NCBI RefSeq assembly: GCF_006345805.1
Contig: NC_043026.1
Coordinates: forward strand, 6,324,001 to 6,388,000
DNA length: 64,000 bases
Direction of reading: 5' to 3'
Origin: Octopus sinensis
Lineage: Eukaryota
Part shown: piece by piece, positions 1 to 11,371 of the stretch
Layout of the letters: each line of letters starts with the position of its first letter
How positions within the stretch are numbered: position 1 is the first letter of the stretch
The notes under the pieces: model-generated
Told to the model about the DNA's origin: nothing
Databases searched by the model: none
The model's input: only the letters and a program-made list of their open reading frames with translations
Program-made: the position numbers and the translations under genes

Positions 1-299
1 GATTGGACCACATTTACAGCTTATTTCTAAGAAATTAAATCCATTAGATTTCAACTGGACTATTTATTAGGTGACCGGTAATAAAGACACAGGAAAAAAA
101 GTCACAATTAATTTATGGGAACTGGACAAATCCGCCCCTTAGGACAAAACCCAACCGGACAAAAACCCCCGTGACTTTTTTTTTGTGACTTACAAAGAAC
201 AAGTCCTGAGGAAGGGAGGTCGATTTGTTCAACCAAAGGCGGTGCTCCAGCATGGCCACAGTGAAATGACTGAAAGAAAATAAAAAGAAAAGTGCTTAC

Positions 300-470
300 C
301 TTCTCAATGTGAGTTTGCATTTCAAAAGGAGTATCAAACTGCTTGTAGCAATGTTTACACTGGGTGAGGTCACTGAGGTCAAGATTCTGTTGCTTCTCGC
401 TGTCAATGTGACCCTGCATGTGCATCATTGTGCGCACGTTGTTGTACAACATCTTGGAACAATACCAACA
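300..470 (-). CDS. POGZ/ZNF280: Coding exon 7, two C2H2 zinc fingers (CWYC...HMQGH; CKHC...THIEK)
   Basis: Acceptor ctcgttctcttctgttgcag|, donor AAG|gtaagc, 171 nt = 57 codons. Confidence 0.95.
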
Positions 471-3400
471 CTGCAACAGAAGAGAACGAGTGAGAGCCAT
501 GGAGATAGAAAAAGAGCGGGGTGGGTGCTTTTCACAAGGTGCTAACCCCAGCGAAGTTTTCTGTAGCTTGATGGCCTTCCTAATGCTGATCCCTTTACAG
601 TGAGGACCGAGTGCCTCTGATGTGGCATCGGTGTGACAAAGGTTCCTCAAGTGAGAGGAGGTGTGCTACTGAATGAGGGGGCTTTGTGACAGGTGACCAG
701 AGGTTAAAGCAGGGGTGGGGAAACGCCCACCTACAGGCACAATTGTGCCTGCGAGCACATTTTATTGCACCCACAGGCTGGTATATTCGTATGTACAAAA
801 TATAGTAAATTTTCCAATAATAAAATTTATACGATACTCGTATGTCTCTTTGCGACATAGGTCGCGTTTCCACTACGACATAAAACGGTTAGACTCAAAC
901 AGAAAATCGTCCGGCAATTGCCATTTGAATGGAAATTTTGCTTTCACTATAAAACACATATCGCTAGGTTTGTACCACCCCCTTGAGTCCCAACTACACC
1001 CTAGCTGAAAAATATAGAATACCTCATAATTAATATAAATGTCCTAAATTCCAGATTAATAATAATAATAATAATAAAATAATAATAATAATAAAAAAAT
1101 AATAATAATAAAAATAATAATAATAATAATAGTCCTTTTTACTATAGGCACAAGGCCTGAAATTTGGGGCAAGGGGACTAGTTGATTATATCGACACCAG
1201 TGCATAACTGGTACTTAATTTATTGACCCTGAAAGGATGAAAGGCAAAGTCGACTTTGGCAGAATTTTAACTCAGAAAGTTAACCCGGGCAAAACCCCAT
1301 TTTGCATTTTGCCCACTATGTTAAAGATTCTGCTCCCTTAACAATAAAAAAAAAAAAGCCTACCTTAAATCTGTGTTCTCCTTTCTCTTCCCAATAATTT
1401 GGGTCACCTTCCATTTTGCCATAATAATATTCGTCCAGAGGGACCCAGTTTCCTGAAAGAAGAAGGTAAAAAAAAAACACAAAATAAGACTGAAGTCTCG
1501 CAAACAACAGGGACACAGGTTCAATCCTCAGATGTGATGCACACACAGCATTTTAACCCTTAGTATTTAAAGTGGCCAGATCTGGTTCAAAAATTCTAGG
1601 TTTTATGTTAAACCTGGCCAGATCCAGCTTATCACACTTACCTTACAATGTCATTCTAAAAACAAGCAATTACATCATCAAAATCTCAAAGCTATGAGAT
1701 AATTCAGGATTAATACAAAATGATATGAATATATAAGCATTGTGGAGGCGCAATGGCCCAGTGGTTAGGGCAGCGGACTCGCGGTCGTAGGATCGCGGTT
1801 TCGATTCCCAGACCGGGCGTTGTGAGTGTTTATTGAGCGAAAACACCTAAAAGCTCCACGAAGCTCCGGCAGGGGGTGGTGATCCCTGCTGTACTCTTTC
1901 ACCACTTTCTTCCACTCTTTCTTCTGTTGGCCTGCTCGCTTAGCCAGCGGGGTGGCGTCATTTGAAGGCTAAAACAATGCAAAGCACATTGTGACCAGCG
2001 ATGTGTAACTACATCTGATGGTCTGGTCGGTCACGTGATCACGTGATATAAGCATTACATTTTGATGGAGTAATCTGAATGCTAAAAAAGGGTTAAAATA
2101 GGGACCACATGAACCACTTGACCTTACACAATTTAACAGCCAAATGTCCCCAGGTATCGGGGTTTATGGCATATGGAAATTGAACACTGCAAGTAGATAT
2201 GAATGACACATTCAATAGTGTAGTATGAGGTAGACTTAGGATGAATGGGAGACAGGGTTGTCCCAGATGAAAATACTTTTAACCCCCTTTGGCATTCAGG
2301 TTACTTTGTCAAATGTAAAACCCTTTAAAGTGAGTGCCCCAGCATGGCCACAGTCAAATGACAGAAGCAAGTGAAAGTCGTGGCTGTGTGGTAAGAAGCT
2401 TGCTTCCCAACCACATGGTTCTGGGTTCAGTCCCATTGCATGGCACCTTGGGCCAGTGTCTTCTACTATAGCCTCAGGTCGCCCATAGTCTTGTGAGTGG
2501 ATTTGATAGATGGAAACTGAAAGAAGCCTGTCGTATATGTGTGTGTGTGTGTTTGTCCCCCAACCCCACCATCGTTATGTCTCCATAACCTAGCAGTTTG
2601 GCAAAAGAGACCAACAGAATAAATACTAGCTTTACAAACAATAAGTCTTGGTGCCGATTTCTTCGACTAAAACCCTTTAAGGTGGTGCTCCAGCATGGCC
2701 ACAGTCATATGACTGAAACAAGTAAAAGAATGAAGGAGTACATGACAGGCTTCTTTCAGTTTCCATCTACAAGGCTTTGGTCAAGCCCAAAGCTGTAGCG
2801 GAAGACCACTTTACCCTGGAGTGCTGCGCAGTGGGACCAAACCGGAGACCACCTAGTTGGCAAGGAAGCTTCTCCACCGCACAGCCACAACTGCACCCAT
2901 TCACAATCTCTTTCACTCTTTCACTTGTTTCAGTCATTTGACTGCGGCCATGCTGGAGCACTGCCTTAATCGAGCAAATCGACCCCGGGACTTATTCTTT
3001 GTAAGCCCAGTACTTATCCTATCAGTCTCTTTTGCCGAACCACTAAGTGACGGGGACGTAAACACACCAGCATCGGTTGTCAAGCAATGCTAGGGGCACA
3101 AACACAGACACACAAACACACACATATATATATACATATATACGACAGGCTTCTTTCAGTTTCCATCTACCAAATCCACTCACAAGGCATTGGTTTGGCC
3201 CGGGGCTATAGCAGAAGACACTTGCCCAAGGTGCCACGCAGTGGGACTGAACCCGGAACCATGTGGTTGGTTAGCAAGCTACTTACCACTCAGCCACTCC
3301 TGCGCCTACAACATTTACATTTCATGATGACAATGACGACAAAACCAGAACATCAAACCCCCACCCCGTCCCCACCCCCGCCCCGAACAACTACTGCCAC

Positions 3401-6400
3401 TGTTGACCAAAGGGAAGAAACTGACCGGCAGAGGAATCTGTTGAAGTTTTTCGCTGCACCTTCTTTTTGGGTGGGGACTGGGCTGAATCTGTGTCCGCTG
3501 ACCGTTTCAGTGTTGTCGAGGCTGTGTCCAAGGGATCGGTTTTCTTGAAGCCATAGCCGATCGTGTTAGCACTGGTGGTCCCTTGTTCGCTTTGGCTGAG
3601 GCTGTTGTTGTTGTTGTTGTTGCTGTTGTTTCCACTTCCAACTTGTCTGTGATTGGCAGCGGAGAGCAAAGAAGAGATAGCCTTTGGTAAAATCAGGGAG
3701 TGTTGCTGTGATAGGGAACTGTTTTCGCCTGTGAGAGAGAGAAAAAGGTCAGAGGTTAGAGGAGACAACGGAAAGGGCCGAGAGGTCAAGTGACTGGTCA
3801 GAGGCTGGGAAAAGCGAGGTGAAAGGGTCAAGTGATGATATGGTTAGCAGTCAAAGGAGAGAGAGGTCCAGCGGAGAGCAAAGAAGAGATAGCCTTTGGT
3901 AAAATCAGGGAGTGTTGCTGTGATAGGGAACTGTTTTCGCCTGTGAGAGAGAGAAAAAGGTCAGGGGTTAGAGGAGACAACGGAAAGGGCCGAGAGGTCA
4001 AGTGACTAGTCAGAGGCTGGGAAAAGCGAGGTGAAAGGGTCAAGTGATGATAAGGTTAGCAGTCAAAGGAGAGAGAGGTCATGTAAACAGGTGAGATGAG
4101 TAGGGTTAGGGTTAAGGTTAGGGTCAGACCTATTTCTCATGACTGGTTTAGATTAATGAATAAAGATATGGCAAGTCAGAGTCAATATAGTTTTACTGAC
4201 TCTGACTCCAGCTACCCCTAAACTGTTTCCGACTCCACAGCCCTGGTGTCATCAACACCTTGGATGGTAGAAGTGAAATAGGGCAGATCTAAATGAAGAG
4301 GGGGAAAATGACAAAGAAGGAGGGAGGGAGGGAAAGAGGATGTAGGCAAGGGAGATGGACAGAAAGACAGAGAGAGAGAGGTGGAGGAAGAGGGAATAAA
4401 TACGGAGCTAAAAAGACGGAGAGAAAGATAAATTGAGTGAGAGAAAAATAGAGAGTTACAGGAGAAAGACAGATGTACAAGAGAGAGAGATGGATAACTA
4501 GATAGACAGACAGGTAGCTAACGAGGTAGGCAGGCAGAGAGCCAGACACACAGACAGCTAACTAGACACATGGACACATGGCTAACTAGTTAGACAGACA
4601 GACAGCTAGTCAAACAACTTGCTTGTTAGACTGACAGACAGCTAGACAGACAGACAGACAGAAAGTTAGCTAGACAGACAGACAGACAGAAAGTTAGCTA
4701 GACAGATAGACAGACAGCTAGCTAGGCAGACAGACAGACAGACAGCTAGACAGACAGACAGACAGCTAGCTAGACAGATAGCTAGACAGCTAGCTAGACA
4801 GACAGACAGCTAGCTAGACAGATAGCTAGACAGATAGACAGACAGCTAGCTAGACAGATAGACAGACAGCTAGCTAGGCAGACAGACAGACAGCTAGCTA
4901 GGCAGACAGACAGACAGCTAGCTAGACAGACAGACAGACAGCAGCTAGCTAGACAGATAGACAGCTAGCTAGACAGATAGCTAGACAGATAGACAGACAG
5001 CTAGCTAGACAGATAGACAGACGACAGACAGCTAGCTAGACAGACATACAGACAGCTAGCTAGACAGACAGACAGACAGACAGCTACTAGACAGATAGCT
5101 AGACAGATAGACAGACAGCTAGCTAGACAGATAGACAGACAGACAGACAGCTAGCTAGGCAGACAGACAGACAGCTAGCTAGACAGACAGACAGACAGCT
5201 AGCTAGACAGATAGACAGACAGCTAGCTAGACAGACAGACAGCTACTAGACAGATAGCTAGACAGATAGACAGACAGCTAGCTAGACAGATAGACAGACA
5301 GACAGACAGCAGCTAGCTAGACAGCAGACAGACAGCTAGCTAGACAGATAGCTAGACAGATAGACAGACAGCTAGCTAGACAGACAGACAGATAGCTAGA
5401 CAGATAGACAGACAGCTAGCTAGGCAGACAGACAGACAGCTAGCTAGACAGACATACAGACAGACAGACAGCTAGCTAGACAGCTAGACAGACAGACACA
5501 CAGGCAGCTAGCTAGGCAGACAGACAGATAGCTAGACAGACAGACAGACAGAGCTAGACAGACAGACAGACAGCTAGCTAGACAGATAGCTAGACAGCTA
5601 GCTAGACAGACAGACAGCTAGCTAGACAGATAGCTAGACAGCTAGCTAGACAGATAGACAGACAGCTAGCTAGGCAGACAGACAGACAGCTAGCTAGGCA
5701 GACAGACAGACAGCTAGCTAGACAGCTAGCTAGACAGATAGCTAGACAGATAGACAGACAGCTAGCTAGACAGATAGACAGACAGACAGACAGCTAGCTA
5801 GGCAGACAGACAGACAGCTAGCTAGACAGACAGACAGACAGACAGCTAGCTAGACAGATAGCTAGACAGATAGACAGACAGCTAGCTAGACAGATAGACA
5901 GACAGACAGACAGCTAGCTAGGCAGACAGACAGACAGCTAGCTAGACAGACAGACAGACAGCTAGCTAGACAGATAGACAGACAGCTAGCTAGACAGACA
6001 GACAGCTAGCTAGACAGATAGCTAGACAGATAGACAGACAGCTAGCTAGACAGATAGACAGACAGACAGACAGCTAGCTAGGCAGACAGACAGACAGCTA
6101 GCTAGACAGATAGCTAGACAGATAGACAGACAGCTAGCTAGACAGACAGACAGATAGCTAGACAGATAGACAGACAGCTAGCTAGGCAGACAGACAGACA
6201 GCTAGCTAGACAGACATACAGACAGACAGACAGCTAGCTAGACAGACAGACAGCTAGCTAGACAGACAGACACACAGGCAGCTAGCTAGGCAGACAGACA
6301 GATAGCTAGACAGACAGACAGACAGAGCTAGACAGACAGAAGACAGCTAGCTAGACAGATAGCTAGACAGCTAGCTAGCAGACAGACAGCTAGCTAGACA

Positions 6401-9400
6401 GATAGCTAGACAGATAGACAGACAGCTAGCTAGACAGATAGACAGACAGCTAGCTAGGCAGACAGACAGACAGCTAGCTAGACAGACATACAGACAGCTA
6501 GCTAGCAGACAGACAGACAGCTAGCTAGACAGACAGAAGACAGCTAGCTAGACAGATAGCTAGACAGATAGACAGACAGCTAGCTAGACAGATAGACAGA
6601 CAGACAGACAGCTAGCTAGGCAGACAGACAGACAGCTAGCTAGACAGACAGACAGACAGACAGCTAGCTAGACAGATAGCTAGACAGATAGACAGACAGC
6701 TAGCTAGACAGATAGACAGACAGACAGACAGCTAGCTAGGCAGACAGACAGACAGCTAGCTAGACAGACAGACAGACAGCTAGCTAGACAGATAGCTAGA
6801 CAGATAGACAGACAGACAGCTAGCTAGACAGATAGCTAGACAGATAGACAGACAGCTAGCTAGACAGATAGACAGACAGACAGACAGCTAGCTAGGCAGA
6901 GACAGACAGCTAGCTAGACAGATAGCTAGACAGATAGACAGACAGCTAGCTAGACAGACAGACAGATAGCTAGACAGATAGACAGACAGCTAGCTAGGCA
7001 GACAGACAGACAGCTAGCTAGACAGACATACAGACAGACAGACAGCTAGCTAGACAGACAGACACACAGGCAGCTAGCTAGGCAGACAGACAGATAGCTA
7101 GACAGACAGACAGACAGCTAGCTAGACAGATAGACAGACAGACAGACAGCTATCTAGGCAGACAGACAGACAGCTAGCTAGGCAGACAGACAGACAGCTA
7201 GCTAGGCAGACAGACAGACAGCTAGCTAGACAGATAGACAGACAGCTAGCTAGGCAGACAGACAGACAGCTAGAAAGACAGACTGACAGACAGCTAGACA
7301 GACAAATAAGACAAACAGACAGACGAAACAGGAAGATTAGACAAAAGGAGAATTTTAGATGAAAAACAAATTCTTTTTAAATGAAGGCAAAGCCTTAATA
7401 AAATAAAAAAAAACATCAATCAATAAACTTACCAGGTTTTCGCATTTGTCCCTGGACTTTGCCGAGGGACATGTTTCCCGCAAGGTTTTTGTTGAGGGTG
7501 TTGGCAGTGAGCATGGAGTTTGAAAGAGAAGAGCGCTGTAATTGGTTGGCATGGAGTTGGGACTGGAAGGAAAAGAAGGAGGAGAACAATAGTTTAAGAT
7601 CGACTCCACTAAATAAAGGGACACGAAGGGATTCAGGAGTTCAGTTAACATTCTCTTTACTCTTTTACTTGTTTCAGTCATTTGACTGCGGCCATGCTGG
7701 AGCACCGCCTTTAATCGAGCAACTCGACCCCGGGACTTATTCTTTTGTAAGCCCAGTACTTATTCTATCGGTCTCTTTTGCCGAACCGCTAAGTAACGGG
7801 GACATAAACACACCAGCATCGGTTGTCAAGCAATGCTAGGGGGACAAACACAGACACACAAACACACGTATATACATATATACGACAGGCTTCTTTCAGT
7901 TTCCGTCTACCAAATCTACTCACAAGGCTTCGGTCGGCCCGAGTCTATAGTAGAAGACACTTGCCGAAGGTGCCACGCAGTAGGACTGAACCCGGAACCA
8001 TGTGGTTGGTAAACAAGCTACTTACCACACAACCACTCCTGCGCCTATATTCAACTCTTTTAGCATTCGGATTACTCTGCCAAACACAATGTAACACCCG
8101 CAATAGTTGGAGGATTATTCTCTCTGGGTGTGTGTGTGTGTGTGTAATTATATCGACCCCAGTGCGTAACTGGTACTTTATTTATCGACCCCCGAAAGGA
8201 TGAAAGGCAAAGTCGACCTCGGCAGAATTTGAACTCAGAACACAACAGCAGACGAAATACTGCTAAGCATTTCGCCCGGCGTGCTAATATTTCTGCCAGC
8301 TCGCCGCCTTCAATAAAGCAGCCTTTCTGATAGACAGTGACCTCGTTAGAGGTTTTGTTATTTGGCTTCTTTCAGTTTCCGTCTACAAAATCCACTCACA
8401 AGGCTTTGGGTTTGTTTGAGGCTATCGTAGAAGACACTTGCCCAAGGTGCCACACAGCGGGACTGAACCGAGAACCATGTGGTTGGGAAGCAACCTTCTT
8501 ACCACACAGCCACAAAAGTGAAAAGCACACACACACCACACACATTTTCACTTACACACACACACAATGACACCCCCCACACACATTTTCACTTACACAC
8601 ACATACAATGACTCCCCACACACAACATTTTCACTTACACACATACACACATTTTCACTTACACACACACACACATTTTCACTTACACACACAATGACAC
8701 CCCCCACACACACATTTTCACTTACACACACATACAATGACTCCCCACACACACACACATTTTTACTCACACACACACACATACATTTTCACTCACATAC
8801 ACACACACACACACACATTTTCACTCACACACACACACACACACATTTTCACTCACACACATATTTTCACTCACACGCACCCACACACACAATGACCCCC
8901 CCCCTCACACACACACACCCACACACTTACCTTCAGAAGCTGTGTCGAACCCATTCTCGATTGCTGAACCTGGTTTGGAACTCGGGTCGCTGGCGTCTCA
9001 CCAACAATGATCACATCAGGGGATTTACTCCTAGGAAGGGCTGAAAGATAACAACACAAAACAGTTACCCTCAGGGCAGACTTCTGGGTGATGAGTAGTT
9101 TGCACACCCCGGGGGCTAGATATTGCAATGTTCCACGGTCAATAATGGACAGAGAATAAAGCAACTTTTCTTATTTCTTTACTACCCACAAGGGGCTAAA
9201 CACAGAGGGGACAAACAAGGACAGACAAACGGATTAAGTCGATTATATCGACCCCAGTGCGTAACTGGTACTTAATTTATCGACCCCGAAAGGATGAAAG
9301 CCAAAGTCGACCTCTACCTGGTCACTAGATTTACTAGAAATAACAACCAGAGTAAATTTCCTGGGGTTAATCTGTTTCTTTACTACCCACAAGGGGCTAA

Positions 9401-11332
9401 ATACAGAGAGGACAAACAAGGACAGACAAACGGATTAAGTTGATTATATTGACCCCAGTGTGTAACTGGTACTTTAATTGACCCCAAAAGGATGAAAGGC
9501 AAAGTCGACCTCAGCAGAATTTGAACTCAGAACACAACGGCAGACGAAATACTGCTAAGCATTTCGCCCGGTGTGCTAATATTTCTGCCAGCTCACTACC
9601 TTCAATAAAGCAACCTTTCTAACAGACAGTGACCTCGTTAGGGGTTTTGTTATTTGGCTAAAAACAGCATTAACTTAGAAAAGGGTTTGAACAGGGTGAA
9701 GAGGGAGAGACTGGCAACTTACAAGCTGGGGTGGTAACAGACGATGCTTTCTGTTGTATCATTTGACGGGCTTTTGCAGCTTTGATACGTTGGACTGCTT
9801 TCTCGTAGTCATCCAGGGCCCGACGGGAAGCTTCGATTTGCCACGGGGACAAATCATCTTCCTCACATTCCATCATGAGCTCCAGGGAGCTCTGGTTGGA
9901 TCGCCGAAGCGAGTACGGTCCTTTTATCTTCGCCATTATCTGTGGAAGAGAAAAGAAAGGTAAGTAAGATTAAGTCAGCAAAAGAATACCTATTTCTTTA
10001 CTGCCCACACGGGGCTAAACACAGAGGGGACAAACAAGGACAGACGAATGGATTAAGTCAATTACATGGACCCCCAGTGTGTAACTGGTACTTCATTTAT
10101 CGACCCCGAAAGGATGACAGGCAAAGTCGACCCCGGTGGAATTTGAACTCAGAACGTAGCGGCAGACGAAATACCTATTTCTTTACTACTCACAAGGGGC
10201 TTACTAAACACAGAGGGGACAAACGGATTAAGTCGATTACATGGACCCCTAGTGTGTAACTGGTACATAATTTATCGACCCCGAAAGGATGACAGGCAAA
10301 GTCGACCCCGGTGGAATTTGAACTCAGAACATAGCGGCAGACGAAATACCTATTTCTTTACTACCCACAAGGGGCTAAACACAGAGGGGACAAACGGATT
10401 AAGTGGATTACATGGACCCCCAGTGCGTAACTGGTACTTAATTTATCGACCCCAAAAGGATGAAAGGCAAAGTCGACCTCGGCGGAATTTGAACTCAGAA
10501 CATAACGGCAGACGAAATACGGCTATGCATTTTGCCCGGCGTGCTAACGATTCTGCCAGCACGCGGCAAAAGAATACAGTGTCTTCACTGCTGCACAGAG
10601 GGCATGCCCTCGCTCCACAATGTGCCCTCATTCCCCATGGGCACCCTCACACACCCACACTATGGCACAACACATTCTCACTACACAAACACCATCGCTA
10701 ACAAACAAAATAATCCAAACATTTAAAATAAAAACACACGGACAAATACATATCTTTTATCTTTTACTTGTTTCAATCATTGGATTGCAGCCAAGATGGA
10801 GCACCACCTTGGAGTATTTTAGTTCAAGAAATCACCCCTAGTCATCACTATTATTTAGCATGGGCGGGACGGTTTCACAGGCAGAAAACTCCACCAGACT
10901 TCTCTGACTGTTTAAGCAGGATTTTTACAGCTGGATGCCCTTCCTAACACCAACCACTCCAAGAGTGCAGTAGATGCTTTTACGTGTCACCGGCACGAGG
11001 GCCAGTCAAGCGCTTCTGGCAACGACCACGTTGTTTTTACATGCTATCTGTACGGGAGCCAGTTTTGCGGCACTGGCAACAACAACGCTCAAATGTTGTT
11101 TTCCACGTGCCACCGGTATATGTGCCAGTAAGGCGATGCTGGCAACAATCATGCTCGAATGGTGCTTTTCACATGTCACTGGCACAGGAACCAATCTGTG
11201 GCCCTGGCAACGACCACGCTCGGACGTTCTTTTAACATTCAACTGATACGAGTGCCAATCAGGCAGTACTGTCATCGGCCACGTCAGTGATTTTGATTTG
11301 TTTACATTTGCCTCAATATGTGTGTGTGTGTA

Positions 11333-11371
<39 letters not shown>

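Noticed and set aside
1745-1815. tRNA-like sequences (also heads at 11812, 25648, 26278)
   Set aside because: They have A/B boxes but no complete cloverleaf and continue into repeated SINE bodies with tails/TSDs. They are SINE heads, not tRNA genes.
3646-3649. Alternative acceptor cacag|ACAAGT for exon 5
   Set aside because: It is phase 2, incompatible with the phase-1 end of exon 4. The 3729 acceptor fits.
4100-4126. TTAGGG-like run (interstitial telomere?)
   Set aside because: Only 3-4 imperfect units, common inside invertebrate repeats.
9960-10560. Repeat-spacer-like periodicity (also 52200-53310 and 41668-42310) as a CRISPR-like array
   Set aside because: Eukaryotic context, units of 111-325 bp, and the intervening segments are homologous to each other rather than unique. 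No cas genes.
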